Shown: one piece after another, positions 1 through 10,980 of the stretch
Layout: the number at the start of each line of letters is the position of its first letter
Numbering within the stretch: the stretch's first letter is position 1
NCBI GenBank assembly: GCA_049610685.1
Contig: JBMYZU010000010.1
Location: forward strand, 2,460-66,459
From: Chitinophagales bacterium
Lineage (GTDB): Bacteria > Bacteroidota > Bacteroidia > Chitinophagales > UBA8649
Length of the DNA: 64,000 nucleotides
Reading direction: 5' to 3'
Translations under genes and position numbers: made by a program
The notes under the pieces: generated by a model
Databases searched by the model: none
What the model saw: only the letters and a program-made list of their open reading frames with translations
What the model was told of the DNA's origin: nothing

Positions 1-141
1 AAGGATGATAAAGGCGTAGCACCTGTTGTTAAAAATGGGGATACGGTTCTTTATGGAAAGTACGCAGGTACTGAAGTGAATCTCGATGGTGAAACCTACA
101 TGATTATGCGCGAATCTGATATTCTCGCAATTGTTAACTAA
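1..141 (+). CDS. groES: co-chaperonin GroES, C-terminal fragment (5' end lies outside the window)
   Basis: Frame 1 reads [46 protein letters not shown] and ends at TAA 139-141, 17 nt before groEL. It matches a GroES C-terminus. It is absent from the ORF track because it is truncated. Confidence 0.9.
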   Translation, partial: KDDKGVAPVVKNGDTVLYGKYAGTEVNLDGETYMIMRESDILAIVN

Positions 142-146
142 TATAA

Positions 147-1799
<1,653 letters not shown>

Positions 1800-1827
1800 T
1801 ATCACCCTTCTCATAGGTTGTAAATTA

Positions 1828-1851
1828 GGCCTCCTCCGGGAGGCTTTTTTT
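1828..1851 (+). terminator. rho-independent terminator after groEL
   Basis: GC-rich hairpin gcctcc-tccg-ggaggc followed by a T7 run, 30 nt after the groEL stop. Confidence 0.8.
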
Positions 1852-1870
1852 ATGCGCTTATATTTACGGT

Positions 1871-2872
1871 ATGCGAATTGCCATTATTCGATTAAGTTCA
1901 ATGGGAGATATCTTGCTCTCCAGCCCTATAGTCCTAGCATTGCATAAAAGCTATCCCAAGGCGACCATTGACTTTTACACCAAAGACACCATGCACTCTA
2001 TCATAGGAGAGCACCCAGGAATATCGAAGGTATATCTATGGAATTGCAAGGCGAAAGATGGCCTCAATGATATGATAAATCAAATAGAAAATCGGCAATA
2101 TGATCATATCGTTGACCTACAAAACAACTGGCGTTCAAGACGTCTTAGACGGATGTTAAGCGGCAAACTACACCGTGTAAACAAAGAGGGATTTCGGCGT
2201 AGAATATTGGTTCATTTTGGATGGAATATATTACGAAAAAGACACGTAATAAGACGCTATTATTCGTGTATATCTGATTTTTGCCCGTCACCATTACAAG
2301 AGAGAATAGAGCTTCCTGATACACAATCAACACCGTTGACCCACCTCCTGAGCCCGAGAACATCCACAGGCAACTTTATTGTATGGGCCATCGGAGCGAA
2401 GCACTTCACGAAGCGACTACCCAATTCAATCATTGTAAAAACAATTCAATCCATTCCTCATAGCGTTATTCTTATCGGAGATTCAACAGATTGCGAAAAT
2501 GCTCAGCGCATTCTTGCCCATTTACCCAAAGGACATAATGTCATCGATCTTACCGGAAAAACCTCTTTTTTAGAATCTGTAGAATTAATCAAAAGAGCGC
2601 GACTAACCCTAGCGAATGATTCACTTATGATGCATGTTGCCGCAGGATCAGGAAAACCACTAATTAGTTTTTGGGGAAGCACTACGCCTGAGTTAGGTTT
2701 CAGACCATTAAGTAATCATGCCACACTTATTTCCGCTCCAAAAAAGCTTTCATGTCAACCATGTCATACCGCAGGACGATCATCCTGTCCAAAAAAACAC
2801 TTCAACTGTATGATGACCATAAAGCCTGAGATCATCGTTCAAGCGATCGACGATGCACTGAAGGCGCGATAG
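1871..2872 (+). CDS. glycosyltransferase family 9 protein (LPS heptosyltransferase-like)
   Basis: The N-terminus MRIAIIRLSSMGDILLSSPIV is typical of GT9. The C-terminal half has a GDS..D and MHVAAG.GKP pattern. Confidence 0.75.
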   Translation: MRIAIIRLSSMGDILLSSPIVLALHKSYPKATIDFYTKDTMHSIIGEHPGISKVYLWNCKAKDGLNDMINQIENRQYDHIVDLQNNWRSRRLRRMLSGKLHRVNKEGFRRRILVHFGWNILRKRHVIRRYYSCISDFCPSPLQERIELPDTQSTPLTHLLSPRTSTGNFIVWAIGAKHFTKRLPNSIIVKTIQSIPHSVILIGDSTDCENAQRILAHLPKGHNVIDLTGKTSFLESVELIKRARLTLANDSLMMHVAAGSGKPLISFWGSTTPELGFRPLSNHATLISAPKKLSCQPCHTAGRSSCPKKHFNCMMTIKPEIIVQAIDDALKAR

Positions 2873-3452
2873 ATTCTAAGGCAAGCTCAATGTAATAGTT
2901 GTCTTCGTGGGTGAGATCATAGATTTCTTTCAAATCATATCCGTAGCGCTTGGCCACAAGATTAAAGCCCCATACTTTGATATTAGGATTGTAGTGCTTA
3001 AGCAATTCAGCCATAGAAACACCCGTTTGCCTACTAATCAACTTAACCAGCAATTTACCCTCACTAATGCGCAATGCTTTAAGTTCCTTCTCAAAGCGTT
3101 TGTATAAGTCTTTTTTACGGTCACGCTTATACCGACGGAAATGCCGCTTATTCAGGGCCTCTTCCTTTACCTCTAAGTCGAATAACACTTCTTGTGCAAT
3201 GAGGAAGTAAGGCCAAATCTTCTCCAGCTTGCGCTTGGTCTCAAGGTATTTAAGCCGATCGTATGGATTATCAATAATCGGTATAGTGGGCAGAACTAAA
3301 TAATCAATTGAATCACCATCAAAGACGTCGTTGTATAGATCATGAAACTCCTCGCTATAATTATCATCACTTTGAGCCAAGGAATAAAAGGGTATACCAA
3401 CAAGAAAAAAAGCAATGATTTTAAGGCGCGTAATGTTGATGGAGTGCTTCAT
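2832..3452 (-). CDS. DUF4294-like secreted protein
   Basis: Signal peptide (..FYSLAQS). The segment LRISEGKLLVKLISRQTGVSMAELLKHYN...GFNLVAKRYGYDLKEIYD resembles Bacteroidota DUF4294 from memory. Its 3' end overlaps the GT9 gene by 41 nt. Confidence 0.6.
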   Translation of the reverse strand: MKHSINITRLKIIAFFLVGIPFYSLAQSDDNYSEEFHDLYNDVFDGDSIDYLVLPTIPIIDNPYDRLKYLETKRKLEKIWPYFLIAQEVLFDLEVKEEALNKRHFRRYKRDRKKDLYKRFEKELKALRISEGKLLVKLISRQTGVSMAELLKHYNPNIKVWGFNLVAKRYGYDLKEIYDLTHEDNYYIELALESIAPSVHRRSLER

Positions 3453-3561
3453 AAATGACTATATTAACGCTAAATTGCAGTCAATAGGTATTGAGTTCTT
3501 CATAATTCAATGTCGAACCAAAAAAATGAATTGTATTTTTACAAAATTGAAAAAAAATCAA

Positions 3562-4620
3562 ATGCTCAAGAAATCTCTCTTCCTATTTGTTTTAGCGAGT
3601 TGTCTTTTTTCTCTGAAGACTCTGCTCGCCCAGGACATTCATTACTCTCAATATTATGCATCTCCCCTGACGCTCAACCCAGCGCTTACTGGAAAATTTA
3701 ACGGCTACTATCGGGCGACAGCCATTTATCGAGACCAATGGCGCAACGTCAATGGTGGTGAAGCCGTGTTTATGACACCATCCGCTTCAGTAGACTTTTC
3801 CTTGCTCAAGGATAAACTCTCTACCGATGCCCTCGGTGTAGGAGCTCACGTCGTATATGACAAAGATGGAATCTTTGAACGATATCAAGCTGGAGTTAAC
3901 TTGGCCTACCATAAAGGGTTGGACCGAGGCAATAAATACCACCTAGCCTTCGGTTTACAAGGGGTGTATAATAGCAGCAGTCTAGATGTCAACTCAGTCT
4001 TCGCCGATCAAATAGGATTAGACGGAACCATTGCCGACATGAGTATGGAGCAAACTAATGGTCTTGCATCAAGTACGAATAGCTTTTTTGATGTTAATGC
4101 AGGATTGCTTTTTGATGCTCAAATCAATTCAAACATTACGATGTACCTCGGTGGGTCTTTCTTGCACATCGGACGTCCCCTAAATGACTTTATCGCCACA
4201 GGTAATGATGAAGACAATGCAATACCTAGAAGATATGTTACTCATGGTGGAATGGATATGCAGTTCAATCGTTTCTACGTTCTTCCAGGTTTCTTATATC
4301 AGGTTAATGATATCGGAAACCAAGAAGTAAACTTTGGTTCAACCTTTGGTTACGACTTTGCGAAGGATCCATCGAAAGACTGGATCGGATTCCTTGGTGC
4401 GTGGTATCGTCTTGGTGATGCCGCAATTATCAAAGGCGGACTGGAGTACAACCGTATTCGTTTGTCAGCAGCATACGATTTGACCTTATCTCAGTTAAGA
4501 GATGATACAAATATTGCCTTGGGTAAAATACCTACAGCTTTTGAAATTTCTATGAGTTACTTCGGATTCAACAACCCTAAAGTTCCTCAAGATCGATATC
4601 TATTTAACCCAAGATTCTAA
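3562..4620 (+). CDS. PorP/SprF family type IX secretion system membrane protein (copy 1)
   Basis: Internal ATG at 3562 gives MLKKSLFLFVLASCLFSLKTLLAQDIHYSQYYASPLTLNPALTG, a signal peptide plus the PorP/SprF signature. The C-terminus ends in F. The ORF-track start at 3415 would overlap the divergent gene. Confidence 0.85.
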   Translation: MLKKSLFLFVLASCLFSLKTLLAQDIHYSQYYASPLTLNPALTGKFNGYYRATAIYRDQWRNVNGGEAVFMTPSASVDFSLLKDKLSTDALGVGAHVVYDKDGIFERYQAGVNLAYHKGLDRGNKYHLAFGLQGVYNSSSLDVNSVFADQIGLDGTIADMSMEQTNGLASSTNSFFDVNAGLLFDAQINSNITMYLGGSFLHIGRPLNDFIATGNDEDNAIPRRYVTHGGMDMQFNRFYVLPGFLYQVNDIGNQEVNFGSTFGYDFAKDPSKDWIGFLGAWYRLGDAAIIKGGLEYNRIRLSAAYDLTLSQLRDDTNIALGKIPTAFEISMSYFGFNNPKVPQDRYLFNPRF

Positions 4621-4646
4621 TTAACAGACCCTCATAATTTCCTTTT

Positions 4647-6695
4647 ATGTTTAGTGCAAAACGTATATTCTTTCTTACAGTGAGCATAGCGCTTGTCGTG
4701 TCGAGTTGTAAGACCCGAAAAATGATCAAAACCGCTGACCGTCTTTTCGAGGAAGGCAGTTACTACAATGCAACGGAATACTACATTCCTGCAACGGAAA
4801 AGAAGCCAAACAATACAAGGCTCACTTACCAAATAGGTGCAGCGAATATGGCCATGAGAGACTATGCTTCTATGGCAGAGTATTTTGGCCAAACAACCAC
4901 AGCGAATGAAAAAGCATGGCCTGATGCTCGATACTATTATGCTGAGGCCCTTCAAATGCAAGGTGAGTATGATTCAGCAGCCTATCACTTTAACCAATTC
5001 CTGATCAATACGAAAGAGACCACAGATGACGGAATACGTGTATTGCGTGAGAGAGCTCAGTTAAACCTTGACGGAATTACATTAATGGATAGCTTATCTT
5101 CTATGGAATTAGCATCTGTCTCTTCACTTGGTGAAGGGGTAAATTCCAACTTCCAGGATTTAGCACCAAAAGTTATTGATGATAACACCATGCTTGTAGG
5201 TTCAATGGTCAATGATAGCGTAATCAATTACGATTATGAGATCTCCGAAAGCAATGACTACTATGCGGAACTTTTCATAGCACGCAAATCCGGTGATTCT
5301 TGGACTAAGGAAAGACTTGATGACGATATCAACGAGATGGGAGCGCACGTTGGAAACGGGGTGATTTCCGAAGATGGACAAACGCTCTTTTATACCCGAT
5401 GTACTGAAACAAACGGAGTAAGCGCTATGCAATGCCGTCTGTACAAAGCAAGTAAAGTTGGAAACGATTGGGGCGATGCACAAGAAATCGTTGAGCTCAA
5501 TGGTGAAGACTTTACTACTACGCAGCCAAGTCTAGGTTATGATAGTGACAACAACGAAGTATTGTATTTCATATCCAATAGAGAAGGAGGCCAAGGTGGA
5601 CTTGACGTTTGGTATACCTCTATGCAGGAAGATGGAACATTTTCAAACCCTACAAACCTTAAAGAGGTTAACACTAAGTTTGATGAATTTAGTCCATACT
5701 ATGACAGTCAAAATCAAAGACTCTACTTCAGTTCTCTAGGTTATCCTGGAATGGGAGGCTTCGATGTCTTCTATGTTGATGGCAACTTAGACAACTGGAC
5801 AAGTGAGGTAACGAACGCTGGAGCTCCTATTAATAGCCCTACTGATGACATCTACTTCGCATTAGACGATCGAGGAAGAAAAGGGTATATGGTTTCTAAC
5901 CGTGTAGGTACAACTTCTTCTAGAGGAGAGACTTGTTGCGATGATGTATTTGAGGTTGAAATGAACTCTGGACTCTTCTTGAGTGGATACTTTGCCTCAC
6001 GTAACGACGCTAGTCAAGCACCTATCAATGGGGTCTCAGCAAGCACCTACATGGACATCAATGGAAGCATGGAGATGATTGGTGAAGATGTAACAGAAGG
6101 AGGCAATTCCCTTGTCTATGAAGTTGGTGCAAGCAACATTAAAGTTGTCGGAGATGCAGAAGGGTATTACCAAAGTGTTACCGAAATTGATGCTACTGCA
6201 TTCGAACAAGTGGAAGATACCTTGTTCATGGTCTATCTAATGGATCCAATTATTCGAGAAACGATAACAGTTAAGCCTGTATACTTCGCCTTCGATCAAT
6301 CAAATATCACAGAGCTTTACCAAGTAGAGCTTGATTCTTTATACAGTGTACTTGTTAAGCACCCGGATTGGATTTTACAGATCGCAGGACATACGGATAG
6401 CCGCGGTACAGACGACTATAATGATGCCCTTGGTAAGCGTCGAGCAAACTCAGCAAAAGACTACTTAATGGCATTAGGGATGGCAGATAGTGTTGATCTT
6501 ACCGATCGCATTATGACAATAAGTAAAGGGGAATCTGATCCAATTGCTGAAAACGAAAGCGCAGCCGGGGAAGATAATCCTTTAGGTCGTGCGAAAAACC
6601 GTCGTATAACCTTCAAACTACTCAATGATGTAAACTCAGAAGAGGATGGCATTGAGATTAAATATGAAGATGCCGATCCACAGGGAACTTTCTAA
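4647..6695 (+). CDS. OmpA family lipoprotein with TPR-like, TolB/PD40-like and OmpA_C domains (PorE/PG1058-like, copy 1)
   Basis: Lipobox VVSSC. PD40-like segments LYFISNREGGQGGLDVWY and LYFSSLGYPGMGGFDVFY. OmpA_C motif GHTDSRGTDDYNDALGKRRA...NRRITF. Confidence 0.8.
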   Translation: MFSAKRIFFLTVSIALVVSSCKTRKMIKTADRLFEEGSYYNATEYYIPATEKKPNNTRLTYQIGAANMAMRDYASMAEYFGQTTTANEKAWPDARYYYAEALQMQGEYDSAAYHFNQFLINTKETTDDGIRVLRERAQLNLDGITLMDSLSSMELASVSSLGEGVNSNFQDLAPKVIDDNTMLVGSMVNDSVINYDYEISESNDYYAELFIARKSGDSWTKERLDDDINEMGAHVGNGVISEDGQTLFYTRCTETNGVSAMQCRLYKASKVGNDWGDAQEIVELNGEDFTTTQPSLGYDSDNNEVLYFISNREGGQGGLDVWYTSMQEDGTFSNPTNLKEVNTKFDEFSPYYDSQNQRLYFSSLGYPGMGGFDVFYVDGNLDNWTSEVTNAGAPINSPTDDIYFALDDRGRKGYMVSNRVGTTSSRGETCCDDVFEVEMNSGLFLSGYFASRNDASQAPINGVSASTYMDINGSMEMIGEDVTEGGNSLVYEVGASNIKVVGDAEGYYQSVTEIDATAFEQVEDTLFMVYLMDPIIRETITVKPVYFAFDQSNITELYQVELDSLYSVLVKHPDWILQIAGHTDSRGTDDYNDALGKRRANSAKDYLMALGMADSVDLTDRIMTISKGESDPIAENESAAGEDNPLGRAKNRRITFKLLNDVNSEEDGIEIKYEDADPQGTF

Positions 6696-6723
6696 ATAAG
6701 AAAATCAAAAAAACGATTTAAAA

Positions 6724-6746
6724 GGCGGACTTTGGTCCGCCTTTTG
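6724..6746 (+). terminator. rho-independent terminator after the OmpA gene
   Basis: Hairpin ggcggac-tttg-gtccgcc followed by tttt. Confidence 0.8.
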
Positions 6747-6759
6747 TTTATCCTAGACT

Positions 6760-7845
6760 ATGGCTCTACGTAAAACGCTTTATGTTGCTCTTTTTTGCTC
6801 TACCCTTTTCATCCAAGGTTACAGCCAATTCATTTATCCGTTTAATGACAATTTCAACCGATTTTATGTTTTTGATGAAGGAGTGTTTGAACAGTTAGAG
6901 TTTCAACCTGTGGATGAATATTTTGTAGGGAATAGCTACCTCGCTTACTTTGATCCGAGAGGTAGATTTCAATTATACTTTGGAGGTGAAAAACACGAGC
7001 TATCCCTAAACAAACCCAGTGTATATTCTACCGATCATTTCTTAGCCTATCAATTTGGAAGTCAAATCTTCCTCCTAGAAGGAAACAAACTACACCAAAT
7101 TGAAAGCTGGGCTCTTCAAGAAGATTTACTCGTATCAGATTCCATTATAGCCTATAATGATGTCTATAATCGTTTCAATGTATACCAGGAGGATAGTGCG
7201 CAAACCTTAGAGAGTTGGAATATCTATACCGCCAGCATAAGCAATAATAGCTTGGCCTATCTCGATATTAATAAACAGCTAAAGCTCTTTAGCAAGGGCC
7301 AACAACACATCATTTGGCCCACTCAACCTACAGCCTTTATCGCTGGCCAAAATCTTGTGGCCTTTCAAACAATAATTGGCGATCTCCAAGTCTGGTATGA
7401 AAATGAACTCTATACCCTGACCTATAACACCAATGGTGGCTTTGATGTAAGTGATGAATTGGTAACTTTTTATGATGATTTAGGAGGCTTTAATGTGTTT
7501 TACCAAGGAGAGACTTACCCCCTTCTACCCTACAGGCCATTATCCTCTGAACTCAAGGAAAACCAGCTAGTTTGGTCTGATCGTAATGGCTTCTTTTTTA
7601 CCTTTTACAAAGGAGAAATCGTTCGATTAGAATCCTACACCCCCGATAAAGTAACTATTGATAATGACCTATTGGTGTATCAGGATGTTAATGGCCGATT
7701 AAAAGGCTTTTCCAATGGAGAGAAATACTCCATTTCTAGCCGGATTGCCGTAGATTTTGACCAAATCAATCAAGCTGTTTTATACCGTGAAAATCGATTT
7801 CGATGGCACATTAATATACAGGGAGAAGATTATACCTTTGAATAA
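6760..7845 (+). CDS. secreted hypothetical protein built of about ten 35-aa repeats
   Basis: Signal peptide (..FIQGYSQ). Recurring motif [LIV][AV][YFW]xDxxxxFxh[YF]: LAYFDPRGRFQLYF, IAYNDVYNRFNVY, LAYLDINKQLKLF, VTFYDDLGGFNVFY, LVWSDRNGFFFTFY, LVYQDVNGRLKGF and others. Its stop overlaps the next start (TAATG). Confidence 0.7.
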   Translation: MALRKTLYVALFCSTLFIQGYSQFIYPFNDNFNRFYVFDEGVFEQLEFQPVDEYFVGNSYLAYFDPRGRFQLYFGGEKHELSLNKPSVYSTDHFLAYQFGSQIFLLEGNKLHQIESWALQEDLLVSDSIIAYNDVYNRFNVYQEDSAQTLESWNIYTASISNNSLAYLDINKQLKLFSKGQQHIIWPTQPTAFIAGQNLVAFQTIIGDLQVWYENELYTLTYNTNGGFDVSDELVTFYDDLGGFNVFYQGETYPLLPYRPLSSELKENQLVWSDRNGFFFTFYKGEIVRLESYTPDKVTIDNDLLVYQDVNGRLKGFSNGEKYSISSRIAVDFDQINQAVLYRENRFRWHINIQGEDYTFE

Positions 7846-8933
7846 TGATTACGAAGGAGCAGTTACTGGATGCATTGCGTAAGGTGGAAGACCCTGATTT
7901 AAAGAAAAGTCTTGTCGAACTCGACATGATTAAAAATATTCAGATTGAAGGCTCCAACGTACATTTCGAAGTGGAGCTCACCACTCCAGCTTGTCCGCTT
8001 AAAGAAAAAATTAGACAAGACTGCCTTCTCGCCATCAAAGAATTCGATAGCAGCCTCAATGTAGAGATCAAAATGACGGCTAACGTTCAATCAGGAAGGA
8101 TTGGTGTGGATACCTTGCCTAATGTAAAGAATGTCATTGCGGTAGCCTCAGGTAAAGGTGGTGTAGGAAAGTCGACAGTTAGTACAGAGTTAGCGAGAGC
8201 ACTCGCGCGGTCCGGAGCCAAGGTAGGTTTGCTCGACGCTGATATCCACGGTCCTTCCCTACCCACTATGTTGGGGTTAGACAATGCCTTCCCCGAATCA
8301 AGAGAGATTAAAGGAAAGAACTACATCATACCTGTGGAAATAGACAATCTCAAAGTGTTGTCAATCGGCATGCTAGTCGATGAACGTCAAGCCATCGTTT
8401 GGAGGGGCCCAATGGTATCATCCGCCCTTCGACAATTTATACAAGATGTTTTATGGGGTAAACTTGATTACCTCATCATAGATCTGCCGCCGGGCACAGG
8501 AGATGTCCAACTCAGCCTTCTTCAGCATACAAAGATCAACGGTGTAGTCCTTGTAACCACGCCTCAACGTGTAGCATTAGCAGATGCTAGGAAAGCCATA
8601 GGTATGTTCCAAATGGAAAAAATCAATGTGCCTATTTTAGGCGTTGTAGAAAATATGGCATGGTTTAGTCCACCAGATAAACCAGAGGAGCGGTATTTTC
8701 TTTTCGGAGAACACGGAGGAATGCATCTAGCCAAAGAATATGATCTACCTTTTTTAGGGCATCTGCCCTTCTCGATGCCTATACGTGAGCGAGGAGATGG
8801 CCTAGCTTCTTCCCTCACAGAAGAACAATTAAGCTACATCGATCAAATTGCTGGGGCTAGTGCGCAAATGCTTGCCTTGAGAAATGCACAAGCCAAGAAC
8901 AAACCATCAAATTCACTACCCCCTATAGGATGA
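7845..8933 (+). CDS. apbC: Mrp/NBP35 family iron-sulfur cluster carrier ATPase (ApbC)
   Basis: N-terminal DUF59-like region followed by AVASGKGGVGKSTVS (deviant Walker A) and LIIDLPPGTGD. Confidence 0.9.
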   Translation: MITKEQLLDALRKVEDPDLKKSLVELDMIKNIQIEGSNVHFEVELTTPACPLKEKIRQDCLLAIKEFDSSLNVEIKMTANVQSGRIGVDTLPNVKNVIAVASGKGGVGKSTVSTELARALARSGAKVGLLDADIHGPSLPTMLGLDNAFPESREIKGKNYIIPVEIDNLKVLSIGMLVDERQAIVWRGPMVSSALRQFIQDVLWGKLDYLIIDLPPGTGDVQLSLLQHTKINGVVLVTTPQRVALADARKAIGMFQMEKINVPILGVVENMAWFSPPDKPEERYFLFGEHGGMHLAKEYDLPFLGHLPFSMPIRERGDGLASSLTEEQLSYIDQIAGASAQMLALRNAQAKNKPSNSLPPIG

Positions 8934-9169
8934 GTAAACTGCCAACAATAGAAATGATCAATTCCGCCTTAGATAAACTCAGGCCTTATCTTGAGCGCGA
9001 TGGAGGTGATGTCGAAGTAGTTAGAATAACTGAAGAAGGGAAGGTTGAGGTCAAAATGCTCGGAGCATGCATGACCTGCCCACAAAGTACAATGACAATG
9101 AAGGTAGGAATCGAAAAAACATTGAAAGATGCGTTTCCATCAATACAATCTGTGATTGCAATACAATGA
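8930..9169 (+). CDS. NifU-like Fe-S cluster domain protein
   Basis: 79 aa. LRPYLERDGGDVEVV...GACMTCPQSTMT is the NifU C-terminal CxxC motif. ATGA overlap with apbC. Confidence 0.85.
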   Translation: MSKLPTIEMINSALDKLRPYLERDGGDVEVVRITEEGKVEVKMLGACMTCPQSTMTMKVGIEKTLKDAFPSIQSVIAIQ

Positions 9170-9987
9170 ATAGAAAAGCTTTAGAACAACAGATACAAAG
9201 TAAGAGATCTCTACTCTGTGTTGGTATTGATCCTGTCCAGGAACGCATGCCAGCGCGCTACCAAGATTGTTCTACAGAATCCCTAATCGCCTTTAGTCAA
9301 AGCATTATTGAAACAGTTTCTCCTTATGCCGTAGCCATCAAACCGAATATCGCCTATTTTGAAGCCTTTGGAAGTTCAGGGTGGGATGCATTGCCAAGAA
9401 TAGCTGAGATGATCAAAGACCACAATTTACTCAGTATCGCGGATGCTAAACGCGGAGATATTGGCAACTCAAGCAAGCAATATGCGAAGGCATTTTTTGA
9501 AACCATGGCCTTTGATGCCATCACCTTAAGTCCACTAATGGGTTATGACTCTATCGCGCCTTTTCTCGAATACAAAGACAAATGGTCGATACTCTTGACC
9601 ATGACAAGTAACCCTGGAAGTCAGGACTTTTTAGAGCAAGAATTGGCACAAGGCCAATCACTAGGACACCATATTCTTACTTCTTCCCAACAATGGCCCA
9701 ATGCAGAGCAGTTAATGTATGTCGTGGGAGCTACCAAACCTGACGAGCTAAAAGCGCTGCGAGAAAAAGCCCCTGAGGCTATATTTCTCGTCCCAGGTGT
9801 TGGGGCACAAGGAGGAAGCATCTCTGAGGTTGTACAATCCGCAGCCACCGCGAAAGGAGGGTTATTAATAAATGCAACTCGAAGTATCATCTATAGTGAT
9901 TTACATACTGATTTTCAGACAAGTGTGCGACTTTCCGCCGAAAAAATGCAAAAGGAATGTGCACTAAATATTACCTTAACAAACTGA
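9166..9987 (+). CDS. pyrF: orotidine-5'-phosphate decarboxylase (type 2)
   Basis: An internal ATG overlapping the nifU stop (ATGA) gives MNRKALEQQIQSKRSLLCVGIDP...ADAKRGDIGNS. The ORF-track start at 9067 lies inside nifU. Confidence 0.9.
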   Translation: MNRKALEQQIQSKRSLLCVGIDPVQERMPARYQDCSTESLIAFSQSIIETVSPYAVAIKPNIAYFEAFGSSGWDALPRIAEMIKDHNLLSIADAKRGDIGNSSKQYAKAFFETMAFDAITLSPLMGYDSIAPFLEYKDKWSILLTMTSNPGSQDFLEQELAQGQSLGHHILTSSQQWPNAEQLMYVVGATKPDELKALREKAPEAIFLVPGVGAQGGSISEVVQSAATAKGGLLINATRSIIYSDLHTDFQTSVRLSAEKMQKECALNITLTN

Positions 9988-9997
9988 ACAAATACAA

Positions 9998-10738
9998 ATG
10001 AAAAGATTTATCCTTTTTTTGATGATTGTAAGTACAGCTAATGTGACATTAGGTCAACGCAATAAACGCGGAGGCCAAAGCGAAGAACGCCCATCACGTT
10101 CTGCTATGCACATTGCTGCCTATGAACACGCCTTACAGCTTAATGACTTCGTTACAGCAATTTCATGCCTGAACTATGTCGTAAGTATTGATGGTAAGGA
10201 AAGTCCGTACCGTGATACGCTATTAATGCTTTACAGTACCAATGGCAACCTCCTGCAGTCGTATAATCTAGCTATGCAGTTAAGAGAGGATGGGCGAGAT
10301 ACAAGAATGGTCAAAGAGGTACTTGCCGAAGTATATAACCAAAGTAACCAACCCAAAGAAGCTATTGAAGAGTTGGAAATGCTTAATGCGGAGTTCCCTA
10401 ATCTTGGCTACCTGTGGCAGATTGCTAATCTACAATACCAACTACAGCGGAATTCTGAATGCTTGGAGTCCCTAACGGCCATCATTAACGATACTGCCTC
10501 TAGCGGGATTGCTGTACCACAAGTCGTCGGAGAAAATCAGAAACAGCGCACATCTCTTCTTGCGGCAAGCCTTAATATGGTTGGGCTGATGTTAGCCAAG
10601 CAAGAAGACTACGCCAATGCCCTCAAACTTTTTGAGTCATCGAGCCAGGCAGATCCTGAGTTTATCCTTCCAAAACAAAATTTTGCAGCAGTCACTGAGC
10701 TTATGCAAGGAGAAGCGGCAGAAGAAGTTGAAGAATAA
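9998..10738 (+). CDS. TPR-like helical repeat protein with signal peptide and acidic tail
   Basis: Signal peptide, helical repeat-like composition and an EAAEEVEE tail. No specific family recognised. Confidence 0.6.
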   Translation: MKRFILFLMIVSTANVTLGQRNKRGGQSEERPSRSAMHIAAYEHALQLNDFVTAISCLNYVVSIDGKESPYRDTLLMLYSTNGNLLQSYNLAMQLREDGRDTRMVKEVLAEVYNQSNQPKEAIEELEMLNAEFPNLGYLWQIANLQYQLQRNSECLESLTAIINDTASSGIAVPQVVGENQKQRTSLLAASLNMVGLMLAKQEDYANALKLFESSSQADPEFILPKQNFAAVTELMQGEAAEEVEE

Positions 10739-10761
10739 TATTAAAGAAAAAGAGTTACTCT

Positions 10762-10980
10762 ATGCAGCCATTTCGAGAATGGGTTGATCAAGCAACTTTC
10801 GGTGTGTGTAGTGCCCTAGCGAGACCGTTAGGCATTCCTAGCCGTACCGTAAGGCTGTATTTTGTCTATGTATCTTTTTTTACGCTCGGAAGCCCCATAA
10901 TACTCTACTTTATCCTTGGTTTTTGGTTTGAAATCCGAAGCTACTTTCGAAAAAAGAGACCCTCTGTATGGGATTTGTAA
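10762..10980 (+). CDS. PspC domain-containing membrane protein
   Basis: GVCSALARPLGIPSRTVRLYFV followed by a transmembrane helix, typical of a PspC domain. Confidence 0.7.
   Translation: MQPFREWVDQATFGVCSALARPLGIPSRTVRLYFVYVSFFTLGSPIILYFILGFWFEIRSYFRKKRPSVWDL

Noticed and set aside
3415-3561. Long N-terminal extensions given by the ORF track. They occur at 3415, 9067, 28218, 33294, 35320, 42594, 47899, 49817, 57526 and 59824.
   Set aside because: In each case an internal ATG gives a canonical N-terminus. This is a signal peptide, a lipobox or a conserved enzyme start, such as MNRKALEQ for pyrF and MAPLSEQE for lysS. The extension would overlap the neighbouring gene or the promoter region.
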